A stretch of 63,882 bases of DNA from Okamejei kenojei (lineage: Eukaryota): NCBI GenBank assembly GCA_035221665.1, contig JAVHYY010000154.1:310119-374000 (forward strand). The letters are read 5' to 3'. A model generated the notes under the pieces. That model saw nothing but the letters and a program-made list of their open reading frames with translations, made no database searches and was not told the DNA's origin. A program made the translations under genes and the position numbers. Below are positions 50,037-62,105 of this stretch, piece by piece. Each line of letters begins with the position of its first letter. Position 1 is the first letter of the stretch.

Positions 50037-52125
50037 ATTCAAAATTAAAGCGTAGAAGTGCAACGTAGCAAAGATGATCGGGAAGCAAGAGGATTGGGTA
50101 ATGTTTGAAGTACAACAGAAGATAACCAAAAAGACAATACGGGTAGAAAAGGTGAGGTACGAAGGGAAGCTAGCGAAGAATATAAAGCAGGATAGTGAAA
50201 GTTTATTTAGGTACGTGAAGAGGAAAACAATAGTTAAGAGCAAAGTTGGACCCTTGAGGACAGAAAAAGGTGAATTTATTATGGGGAACAAGGAAATGAC
50301 AGGCGAGTTGAACAGGTACTTTGGATCTGTCTTCACTAAGGAGGACACAAACAATCTTCCTGATATAGTAGTGGCCAGAGAATCTGGGGTGACAGTGGAA
50401 CTGAAGGAAATGCACATTAGGCTGGAAATGGTGTTGGATACACTGATGGGACTTCAGGCAGATAAATTCCCAGGGCCTGATGGTCTGCATTCCAGGGTAC
50501 TTAAGGCAGTGGCTCTAGAAATCATGGATGCATTGGTGATAATTTTCCAATGTGCTAAAAACTCAGGATCAGTTCCTGTAAATTGGAGGGTAGCTAATGT
50601 TATCCCACTTTCTAAGAAAGGCGGGAGAGAGAAAACAGGGAATTATAGACCAGTCAGCCTGACATCGGTGGTGGGGATGATACTGGAGTCAATTGTAAAA
50701 GGTGAGATAGCCGAACATTTGGATAGCAGTAACAGAATCGGTGCGAGTCAGCATGGATTTATGAAGGGGAAATCATGCTTGACTACTCTTCTGGAATATT
50801 TTGAATTTGTAACTAGGAAAATAGACAAGGGAGAGCCAGTGGACGTAAGGTACCTGGACTTTCAGAAAGCATTTGATAAGGTCCCACATAGGAGATTAGT
50901 GGGAAGAATTAGGACACATGGTTTGGGAGCAGAGTGCTGCCATGGATAGAGATGTAGTTGGCAGACAGGAAACAAAGAGTAGGGATTAACGTGTCCCTTT
51001 CAGAATGGAAGGCAGTGACTAGTGGGGTACCGCAAGGCTCGGTGCTGGGACCGCAGCTATTTACAATATACATCAATGATTTGGACGAAGGGATTCAAAG
51101 TAATATTATCAAATTTGCAGATGACACAAAGCTGGGTGGCAGTGTGAACTGTGAGGAGGAGACTACGAGAATGCAGGGTGACTTGGACAGGGTAGGGAAG
51201 TGGGAAAATGCATGGCAGATGACGTGTAATGTGAGCTTATCCACTTTGGTAGCAAAAACAGAAAGGCATAGAAAGGTAGAAACATAGAAAATAGGTGCAG
51301 AAGAAGGCCATTCGGCCCTTCGAGCCTGCACCGCCGTTCAATATGATCATGGCTGATCATGATCATATGATCAAGGCAGATTACTGTCTTAATGGCGTCG
51401 TTGGGAAAAGGGGAAGTACAACGGGATCTGGGGATCCTTGTACATCAGTCTATGAAAGTAAGCATGCGGATACAGCAGGCAGTGATGAAAGCGAATGGCA
51501 TTTTGGCCTTTATCACAAGAAAAATCGAATGTAGGAGCAACAAGGTCCTTCTGCAGTTGTACAGGCCACACCTGGAGTATTGTGTACAGTTTTGGTTCCC
51601 TAATTTGAGAAAGGACATTCTTACATTGAGGGAGTGCAGTGTAGATTTACAAGGTTAATTCCCGGGGTGGCGGGACTGTCATATGCTGAGAGAAAGGAGC
51701 AGCTGGGCTTGTACACTCTGGAGTTTAGAAGGATGAGAGGGGTTGTCATTGAAACATATGAGATTGTTAAGGGTTTAGACACGCTAGAGACACATCTTCC
51801 CGATGTTGGGGGAGTACAGAGCCAGAGGCGACTGTTTAAGAATAAGGAGTAAGCCATTTAGAACCGAAACGAGGAGGCACTTTTTCTCACTGAGAGTGGT
51901 GAGTCTGTGGCATTCTCTGCCTCAGAGGGCGGTGGAGGCAGGTTTTCTAGATGCTTTCAAGAGAGAGCTAGATAGGGCTTTTAAAAATAGCGGAGTGAGG
52001 GGTTATGGGGTGAAGGCTGGAACGGGGTACTGATTGGGGATGATCAGCCATGATCATATTGAATGGTGGTGCTGGCTAGAATGGCCGACTGGCCTACTGC
52101 TGCACCTATTGTCTATTGTCTATTG
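50037..52125 (+). mobile_element. CR1 LINE, 5'-truncated, (CTATTGT)n tail, with a nested antisense CR1 tail (about 51266-51372)
   Basis: ORFs 50074-50949, 50958-51287 and 51392-52033; interrupts sequence that is contiguous at 62440-62450 in the copy 4 unit. Confidence 0.92.
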
Positions 52126-52289
52126 AAAGACCTAACGCTTCATTGCTTTTCAGGGAGGAGGACATTTCAGTTTGTAAAAGTTCACGTTCTAATGTTACAG
52201 GAGTAGGATTACGTCATTGGGACCATCGAGTCTCTTCCGCCATTCAATCACGGCTGATCTCTGCCTCCTCGTCCCATTTTGCTGCTTTC

Positions 52290-53160
52290 AGAGCGATAGG
52301 ATTTGAGTATAGGAGCAAGGCGATTCTTCTGCAGTTGTACAGGGTCCTGGTGAGACCACACATGGATTATTGTGTACAGTGTTGTCTCCTAATCTGAGGA
52401 AGGACATTCTTGCCATTGTGGGAATGCAGGGTACGATCAAAAGATTAATTCCTGGGATGGCGTGTCTGGCATCTGATGAAAGAATTGGTCAAATGGGCTT
52501 GTATTCACTTGAATTGAGTACGATGAGAAGGGATCATGAGAATTGTTAAGGGATGGGACAGGCTAGTGGAAGGAAGAATGTTCCCGATGATGGGGGAGTC
52601 CAGAAACAGTGGTCACAGTTTAAGAATAAGGGTTAGGCCATTTAGGATTGAGATGAATAACGTATTTTTTCACGCGGATTCTGTGGAATTCTCTGCCACA
52701 GAAGGCAGTGGAGGCCAATTCACTTGATGTTTTCAAGAGATAGTTAGACACCGCTCTTAGGGCTAACGGAATCAAGCGATATGGGTAAATAGCAGGACCG
52801 GTGTATTGATTTTGGATGATCAGCCAAGATCATATTGAATGGTGATACTGGCTCGAAAGGCGGAATGGCCTACTCATGCACGTATTTTGTTTGTTCCTCC
52901 GTTTCTTTGTTTTCACATAACCCTTGTCACCCGTTCTAATCAAGAATTTGTCTATCTCTGCCTTAAGAATATTCACTGATTTGGCCCTCGCAGCCTTCCA
53001 TGGCAATGAGTTCCACAGATTAACTGCCCTCTGACTACAGATGTACATCCACACATCCTTCTTATAAGAGCGCCCTTTCATTCTGGGGCTATGATCTCTT
53101 GTCCTAGACTCTCCCACCAGTGGAAAAATCCTTTCCATATCCACTTTCATTATTCTGTAA
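52290..53160. mobile_element. Degenerate CR1 3' fragments, tail-to-tail
   Basis: VRPHMDYCVQ on +; FPLVGESRTR on -. Confidence 0.75.
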
Positions 53161-53808
53161 GTTTCAACCTTTTAAAGTTGTGTAAAACTTTAAAGGGACA
53201 GTGTAGCGGCCCATGGCTTTCAAACGCGCATCATAAGCTCACCCACTCATTCCCCGAACCATCCTAGTAAACCTCCCCTGGACCATCTCCAAAGCCAGGG
53301 TCAGAGAAGGGACCGGACTGGACAATGTCAGATTCAATCAACATGTAAAACCCAGTTACGTTATTTTAGTACTAAATGTAACTATCCTCCTGCGGTTTTA
53401 TGTTTGTCAAACGCTAACTATGCTATCGGCCCCCCTGTTTGGCTGTTGTGAGTGAGCTATGATGGAGGAGATAATTGTAGTCGATCTGTGATGCGAAAGT
53501 AAAGTAGGATAGTGTGCCTGGCTATAACGTGCAAGTTGAACAAAGAGTTAAATTGGCATGTCCTAAAGGCAATGCAACGGTGGTTATGGGACATTTCAAC
53601 ATGCACGTAGACTGCCAAAATCAGATTGGTACTGGACCCCAAGAAAATGAGTTTGTGGAGTGCCTCCCAGACGGATTCTTAGAGCAGGTTGTACTGGACC
53701 CTATGAAGGAGAAGGCAATTCTGGATTTACTTTTGTGTAATGAACCGGACTTGATAAGAGAACTCAAGGTAAAGGAGCCATTAGGTGGTAGTGAGTTTAC
53801 ATCTGCAA

Positions 53809-55340
53809 CTAGACTAAGTGGGACCCGTTGGATCCCAGTCACAAGGGAGGCCAACGCAACCCATTCCCCATTGCAATATTCCACCATGGTGTGGGGAATG
53901 GGGGCGTGGGGGAGAGGTGGTGGGGGAGGGGGGGGTTGTGAAGGAGGGGGAATGGGGCAGGCCGGGTGGGGAAGGTGAGTGGGGGAGGGGGTGGTGGAGG
54001 AATTGGGTGGGGGAATGGGTGAGGGGATTGTAGGGGAGGGGTATTTGCGGAGGGGTGTGTGTGTGGGGGGGGGGGGGGGGGGGTGGGGTGTGTGGAGGTA
54101 GGGGGGTTGTGTGGGGGAAGGGTGTGTGTGTGAGGGAGGCTGTGTTTGTGGGTGGGGAAGGTGGGTGTTTGGTTGAGAGATGTGTGGGGCAAGGGGTGTG
54201 CGGGGGTAGGGGGATGTATGGGGAAGGGGTGTCGGGGAGGGTGATGTGTGGGGGGGGGGGGGCTGTGGGGGAAGGGGGTGTGGGTGAGAGGGGTGTGTGT
54301 GTGGGGGGCGTGTGTGTGGGGGAAAGGTGTGGGTGTGTGTGGTGGAGAGGGGTGCATGTGTGGGTGTGAGGGGGAGGGGGAGCTGTGGGTGTGTGTGTGT
54401 GTGGAGGGAAGGTTGTGGGGGTAGGTGAGGGTTAGGGAACGGGGAGGTGTGTGTATGGTAAGGGGAGGGGTGTGTGTGGTGGCGGATAAGGTGGCTGTGA
54501 GGGGTGGGGGTGTGGGGAGTGTGGGGGGTGTGGGGGGAGCGGGTGGGGGTGAGGGGGGTGTGGGAGGGGGTTGTGGGAGGGGTATGAGTGGAATGGAGGG
54601 GGCTCAGCGACTCCCTGCACTAGTTCTGACCGCAATCACCGGCTTCAGAACCAGGCTCCGGACTCACTCAGCGGCACCTGTCCCCGGCGCCTGTCGCACT
54701 CAGTGGCTCCCAACCCCGGCTGCACTGAGCGATTTCCGGTTCGTCGTGGAACCGCTGTAATTGTGGGTTGGGTGGGGGGGGGGGGGGGGCGGGATTGAAA
54801 TGCAAGTTTGTATCGCTTGTCGGAGAACGATTTCCTCGGGCTGCTAGTCGATGAAGAAAAAACGATCCGACTTCCGTTTCCGCTTTTTTTTTTAAATCGC
54901 TGGACAATGTAATCGCTGGATTAAAGTAAAAACTTGTAACGGCCTCAACATCTTCAACGTCACGGATCGCAATATGAGGACGAAACAAAAGGTAAGTCTT
55001 TATTTCACATATAACAGTCTAATTGTACGATGCGAAAATGTTATTTAGTCCCCAAACGATTTGGCCATGTCGATATGGGCTTAAAATTTACGGCAACGGC
55101 AACTTCCAATTGATCGCATTCCAGAAACACCCACTCGCAAGATGATTACAATTCAAATTTTTGGGGGGCAATCATGTCATAAGAGCATCTCAATCGTCTA
55201 TATTTTGTGATATTTTCTATGCATAATCGATATCTTTATACTAAATATCTACAACAGTTGTAGTCACATGTATTGTGCAAAAAATAATAATTTTGATTAT
55301 ATGAGAGTGAATGTTTCTAGATTAATTCATGGGAATATAA
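53809..55340 (-). mobile_element. Probable non-autonomous Helitron (5' boundary uncertain) containing a G/T-rich low-complexity tract (about 53890-54600)
   Basis: Minus-strand 3' end: hairpin GGGATCC-AAC-GGGTCCC, 7 nt, then CTAG|T (53836-53808); interrupts a CR1 ORF2 fragment (53530-53785, resuming about 55345). Confidence 0.55.
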
Positions 55341-55344
55341 TTTA

Positions 55345-58230
55345 ATATAAGGAAGGTTATTAAAAGCTTCTTTAGGTATGTGAAGAGGAAAAAAATAGTT
55401 AAGACCAAAGTTGGACCCATGAAGACTGAAAACGTTGAATCTATTATGAAGAACAAGGAAATGGCAGATCAGTTGAACAGGTACTTTGGATCCGTCTTCC
55501 CTAAGGAGAGCATAGACAATCTTCCTGATATACAAGTGGCCAGAATATACGGCTGGGCTTGTATACTCTGGAGTTTAGAAGGATGATGGAGGAACTGAAG
55601 AATATCCACATTAGGCGGGACAAGGTGCTGGGTAGATTGATGGGAGGGAAGGCTGATAAATCCCCAGGGCCTTACGGTCTGCATCCCAGGGTACTTAAGG
55701 AAGTGGCTTCAGAAATCGTGGACGCATTGGTGATAATTTTCCAATGGTCTATAGATTCAGGATCAGTTCCTGTGGATTAGAGGGTAGCGAATGTTATCCC
55801 ACTTTTTAAGAAAGGCGGGAGAGAGAAAACAGAGAATCATAGAGTAGGTGCGTTACAATACCTACCTTGAGCAGCGCTGCAGTTCTGCCGCTCCCCGTGT
55901 GCGTGACTTTGGCGCCTTTCAGAGGGGTGCGGGTTTAAAATGCCATTTTTCCCTAGACGGTTCAAATCGATCCGTGTCGGGCGATTTCGTCGCTAAAGAG
56001 AAATCGCTCCGACATTTCATTCATGAAGCTATTTTTAAACTACGCTAGATTATTTATTAAGTAGAGTAGTTTAAAAATCATCTTCTAAAGCTCTGAACGC
56101 CGAGAGCAGAACGGACCTAACGTAGGCGATAAAAGAAGCTACACAGTTTATTTTTACATGAAAACTTAGTTTTTAGGAAGCATTTAATGACATTTTCATG
56201 TTGCGAAAAGGGGACAAAAAAATTGTAAACCGGCTGTATTTTTCCTGCCGACTGGGGGTTTAAATTCACCGCAAACCGCAACGTCCCAATCCACCGCGTT
56301 GCACTAAAACCCACTCGCTAGTTGATTTAAATGGCCATTAATTTACAGGAATTAAACACTAAATACCTTCCATTTGGCCTATAAATTCATAAAAATGAGA
56401 TTTAAAAATCATGTTATATTGTGGATTATTGTGTGAATGTTATTTGGACACTTAGGCAAATTAAAATGTTTATCATTTCTTAAGAAATGGATAGATGTTT
56501 AGATCTAGTAAGTGAATTTTGTAATTAGCTACAATTAGCTAACTAACTAATTATATGCTTTAATTTCAGGTCATCCAAGTAATATTGTTTCATATTTGTT
56601 TCAGAATGCTTCAATCTATAACAACTGAAAATTTCATTGAGCTCTCTTAATTTTTAAGAATGTTATGGGCTTTTGACTGTCCTCGATCACAGCTTTTGTG
56701 GAAAGGCAATAGGGAACAAGATGTTAATTTCCGAGTATGAAAATGGCCATAACTTTTTTAATACTGAAGATATGAAAGTGAATTAGGTGTCAAATTAAAA
56801 GTCTTTTTATGCTTTATCTGATGGGATAAATTGCTGACTTGATTTTTGAAATCCCAAAATTTTGTAACGTTGCTACATAGAGTAGATAGCCCTACATCCG
56901 TGGTGGGGAAGGTGCTGGAGTCAATCATAAAAGATGAAATAGCGGCACATTTGGAAAGCAGTACCAGGTTCGGTCCGAGTCTGTATGTATTTACGAAGGG
57001 GAAATCATGCTTGACTAATCTTCTGGAATTTTTTGAGGATGTAACTGGGAAAATGGACAATGGAGAGCCAGTGGATGAAATGTTCCTTGACTTTCAGAAA
57101 GCCTTTGATACAATTCCACATGGGAGGTTATTGGGCAAAATTAGGGCACATGGTATTAGGGGTAGCGTGCTGATATGGATAGAAAATAGGTTGGCAGACA
57201 GGAAACAGAGAGTAGGGATGAACGGATCCAGTTTCAGAATGGAAGTCTACCGCAAGGCTCAGTGCTGGGACGGCAGCTATTTACAACATACATCAATGAT
57301 TTAGATGCAGGGAGTCAAAGTAGCATTAGCAAATTTGCTGATGACACAAGCTGGGTGGGAGTGTGAACTGTGAGGAGGATGCTATGAGAATGCAGGGCGA
57401 CTTGGGCAGGTTGGGTGATTGGGCGGATACATGGCAGATGCAGTTCAATGTGGATTAATGTGAGTTTATCCACTTTGGTAGCAAAAACAGGAAAGCTGAT
57501 TACTATCTAAAAGGTGTCAAATTGGGAAAAGGGGAAGTACAACGTGATCTGGGGGCCCTTGCTCATCAGTTAATGAAGGTAAGCATGCAGTGACGAGACG
57601 AATGGCATGTTGGGGAGGTGAGTATAGGAGCAAGGAGGTCCTTCTGCAGTTGTATAGGGCCCTGGTGAGACCGCAGCTGGAGTATTGTGTGCAGTTTTGG
57701 TCCACCAATTTGAGGAAGCACATTATTGCAATTTGGGCGTGCAGCGTAGGTTTACGAGGTTAATTCCCGGGATATCGGGACTGTCATACGCTGAGAGAAT
57801 GGAGCGGTTGGGCTTGTATACTCCGGAGTTTAGAAGGATGAGAGGTAATCATATTGAAACATATAGGTTTATTAAGGGCCTGGGAACGTTAGAGACAGGA
57901 AACATGTTCCCGATGTTGAGGGAGTCCAGAATCAGTGGACCACAGTTTAAGAATAAGGGGTAAGCCATTTAGAACGGAGACGAGGAAGCACTTTTTCTCA
58001 CAGAAAGTTGTGAGTCTATGAGTTCCTCTGCCTCAGAGGGGGTGGAGGCCGGTTCTCTGGAACACTTTCAGGAGAGAGCTTGATAGGTATCTTAAAGATA
58101 GCGGAGTCAGGGGCTATAGGGAGAAGGCAGGAACGGGATTCTGATTGGGAATTATCAGCCATGATCATATTAAATGGCGGTGCTGGCTCGAAGGGCCGAA
58201 TGACCTACACCTGCACCTATTGTCTATTGC
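55345..58230 (+). mobile_element. CR1 ORF2 fragment with (CTATTG)n tail, interrupted by a TIR element
   Basis: ORFs 55380, 55559, 56846 and 57685 are CR1 RT pieces. Confidence 0.85.
55845..56875. mobile_element. Non-autonomous DNA transposon (MITE-like)
   Basis: Imperfect TIRs TAGgtgCGTTACAA ... TTGTAACGttgCTA; CATAGAG duplicated at 55838-55844 and 56876-56882; splits the CR1 NYRPVSLTS motif. Confidence 0.75.
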
Positions 58231-59024
58231 ATATTGTCATGGGAGTTGGTATGAAAGCGATTACTACCACCGGGTTAATCTTTCCTCACGGCCCACACGA
58301 GAAATATGTTTTTCCAATCAGTGTTTCACCACTTTCGGTTTGATATATAATCATAGTTCATCGATTACCGAAGATTACATCGATTACCTGCGACAAAGGG
58401 TTCATGGCTGTCAGACCGCTTGTCTCATTGAACGGTAGAACACGAGAGGTTTCTTAACTGCGGACCCGTTGAAAAACCACGCAATGGCAGAAAAAAAATG
58501 CGTTGGAGGTGAGGTTGCAGAAAAGTCGGTGGGAGACGTTGGCAGTTTGCACAAAACGAAGAAACTGCGGTTTTCTCGCCTGGACTGGAATTTAGAACAG
58601 TGAGGTCTCAGGGGGAGGGGTACTGCGGACGGATGGTGTAATGAGCAAGTCTATAAAATAATACAATCTTATCCCCAGGGTTGGAATGTCAAAGAATAGA
58701 GACCACATCTTGAAGATGAGAGGGATACATTTTTACGCAGATATTGTTGGCTGTCATTTAAGAGGTTTTCTTTAGACAAATGGATATACACGGAATGGAG
58801 GGTAATGGATCATGTACAGGCAGATTAATTTAGTTTACACCGATCATATGTGATATAATAAGATGACATGACAATATATTTAGTTTCAAGCCTTTAATTT
58901 TTATCCGACTGATTACACATCAATAAAAGCAATCTTTAAAGCCCCTTATTTATATCGCAATTCTGTGACCAAATGTGTTGCTTCCCGACAGGACGATGGA
59001 GAATTAAAACATTACAGTGCATTT

Positions 59025-59410
59025 GATAGATAAAAGAGCTGGATAAACTCAGCGGGAGCACAGCATCTATGGAGCGAAGGAAATAGGCAACGTTTCGGGC
59101 CGAAACCCTTCTTCAGACGACAAATTTCGTAAAGTCCTATTCTTTTAGGACCGAGATGAGATAAACATTTTTCACACAGAGAGTGGTGAGGGTCTGAAAT
59201 TCTCTGCCACAGAAGGTAGTTGAGGCCAGTTCACTGCCTATATTTAAGAGGGAGTTAGATGTGGCCCTTGTGGCTAAGAGGATCGGGGGGTATGGAGAGA
59301 AGGCAGGTACAGGATACCGAGTTGGATGATCAGCCATGGTCATATTGTTCAGGCTCGAAGGGCCGAATGGCCTAGTCCTGTTCTTATTTTCTATGCTTCT
59401 ATGCTTGTAT
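59025..59410. mobile_element. Short Penelope-derived fragment (-, 59025-59118) and CR1 3' fragment (+, about 59137-59410)
   Basis: GTCTGAAGAAGGGTTTCGGCCCGAAACGTT on the minus strand; CR1 tail homologous to 9675-9950. Confidence 0.7.
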
Positions 59411-59805
59411 GTAAAATACCAAGGACCGGTGCACCATAAAGGGGTTATCTTTAGCAAATTAAGTTTAGACTAGTGTAAAAACACATCATCTCTATTTCAA
59501 TAAGGGTGTTGGGAATTCTCATGTCGACTTGACGTCAATATCTAACCAATGTTATTATGTCCTAATGATCGTGTCATTGCGATGTATTTCTGACATTGCG
59601 AATCTGATCCACATAACTCAATTTTGTTTATTTTACACTGGAAGTCTTTCAACTACCTGATTCTTATAATCGTCAGCAAGCATTTTCATAGTTTAGGGAG
59701 GGCAAACATTAACGTTATGGGCGAGAATATAAATTATCAGCGTTTACATGATTCCAATGCGACTAACAATTCCGCGGCACTATTGACAAGTCAGGCAGAA
59801 TGTTC

Positions 59806-60726
59806 CTATGATCGCTCTCTGATACATTTGCTCATTACTTTGACAGGGTACTTGACCGCTATCTGCAACTGCTGTCTAAACTTAGTCTGAGTCCCTGCAT
59901 AGATACACGAGTTGGTGCAGGAACTGAGAAGCTCCAACATGTGTCCGCTTTCTTGCAGAATAAACTTTGGATCATTTGAATTGGTGCCGGTGGCGTAGTT
60001 CTTGCTTGTAATTTGGACGAAAAGGAAATTTACAATGTAGGTCAGCCTCAACAGGAGAAAGGTACCAGAGATCGCCATGAGTAAAATGATAGACCGTCTC
60101 CTGCTCTCCATCTCCGGGTCGCTTTGTTTATCGCCCTGGTTTTGGGCGCGGAGCCTCCTGCGGGCTGCGTTGGCTGCAAGGATATGTTTGATAGTGAAGG
60201 CGTTCAGCAGGAAGATCAGAACGAACGGGAGACATGGGTTTAAAATGCGATGCAGCCAATCATAGCATTTCCACGCAACGGAATTATAATATATCTCCCT
60301 TAAGATACAGTACCAAGGAACGTTATCCGTGATGTAGAGGGGCTCATATACAAAATACAGAGGGACGTTTTTCAAAATGCCGAGCAGGCAGACGGTTCCA
60401 ATGACGACCGCCGCGATTTTCTCTGTACAATATCTTAGCTTCACTTTCTGGCAACAAATGGCGATGAACCGATCGAAGGTGAACGCGACCGTGAACCAGA
60501 CGGAAGTGTCTTTCGAAGCCCAGCTGAGCAGAATAATGAGACTGCACGCCGGGGTGGTGGACAGGAAACTGGAGTTGAAGTAAATGACCCGAAGTCGGCT
60601 TAAGATAACGGCAGTGACAATGACCAGGAGATCCGCCGCCGCCATAAACACCAGGTAGAGAGTGATGCATTTGGAGAGGCCGCATCTTCCTTGCGAGAGA
60701 ATTACAATCGTCACTAGGTTAGCTGT

Positions 60727-60768
<42 letters not shown>

Positions 60769-62105
60769 GAGAGAGATAGAGAGAGAGAGAGGGTGCGGGT
60801 GGTGCGAAAGATTATTAGAGAGAACAGTAGTGATCAGGCACCCCGTTACAATATCGGGAGACAGGCGTGACATTAGTTTATCTGATTAAAACCGCTCGCT
60901 TTATCCTTTAAAATCACCGCCCCACGCACACGCGAGTGGCTGAGTTTACAATTAATAATATACTCCTTGTTCATGTCAACAGTTATGGTTTATATGAGAT
61001 CCCATCTGTCACTGAACACATCAAACGAACAAATTATATGGAGTGGATGCATTAGACATCAAAGCATGAAATTCGAATTACACACAATGAAAGGTTCACC
61101 GTTTACCCTGCGTGTGTCTTGCGGGGTAACAATATTGGATACGACTGCTGGAGTGATCCCTGTGATTATTGATTGCGTCCATGTAACACTTTACCCGGAC
61201 ACGCGGGCTATTTGAAAGTTCATACTTCAACAGCGTTATAGTCTGTAATTTATCCGAAGAAGGGAGCGACACAAACCGTAACGGTCGCTGACAGAATACG
61301 AGCTCATGGCCAGCTGAAACAGAACTGCGATATTTTGACGAATTGTAACACATGTTGGGTAAAAGGTGAATTACGCGATAGAGATGTTTTTTGATGGTGT
61401 CGACTTCCGCAGATAAGCTTGAAAGCATGGCAGAGAGCATTCTGAATGTCAAAAAAAAGGTTTATAGGCACCGGTCGAAATGAATAAGAATAAATCGGTG
61501 TTATAAGCACTGCCGGGAGGACGGCGGAATACGCATTTACCGAGAGGGTAAAAGAGATCGGAAAAAAATGCAACGCTGTGCTTTCAAACACGGCGCTCGT
61601 GAGAATGGCGGAATTGGGGCTTTTCGGGAATACAAAGCAGCTCATTGTGCAACGGCGCCCTGTATGGGGATGTGTTGATGGATGTGTCGTAATAAATTGG
61701 GCGAAAGCCAATGTAGGCAAGTAATCCATGCATTTCAGGCTAACTTATGATCTGATTGCGCTGAAATGATTAGTCGTGGAAAAAATATAAAGCAGTACGA
61801 ACTCACAACACATCTGGTAGACCAAACTGTGCTCCAACAAAACATAAGTGTATCCCCCGCGTTCCGAGACTTGATTTAATTGATATTTTCCACAAACACA
61901 ACAGAGAACAAACAATCGAGAAATGGGTTTTTGTATAATCGGTAAAGAAACGTTCCCCACATAACTAAAAACGAGAAAGTCACCCAGAGATGATACCATT
62001 AATCTCTTGTTGCCCATGGTTAAGTCACATTTTACCTGGAACACCGAAAGTAGCAACAATCGAATAATAAACGGCGAAGACAGGTCCATTTCCAGGCGCA
62101 TGCAT
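59806..62105 (-). CDS. GPR139/GPR142-like GPCR, copy 4 (exon 1 62105-62036, exon 2 60722-59806), intact, 328 aa
   Basis: Exon 1 MHAPGNGPVFAVYYSIVATFGVP|GTAAAA; (CT)n tract and cccacAG|CT acceptor; open 7TM exon with AAAD, FDRF and NSCIY. Confidence 0.92.

Noticed and set aside
53839-54760. Pro/His-rich and Gly/Val-rich ORFs
   Set aside because: G/T-rich low-complexity tract inside a probable Helitron; no coding signal.
60344-60685. Alternative-frame ORF MRPLQMHH..., present in three copies
   Set aside because: Overlaps the GPCR CDS and is explained by recent duplication of near-identical sequence.
60723-60873. N-terminal extension of the 355-aa ORF (also 8760-8853)
   Set aside because: Intronic (CT)n polypyrimidine tract; the true N-terminus comes from the 70-nt exon 1.
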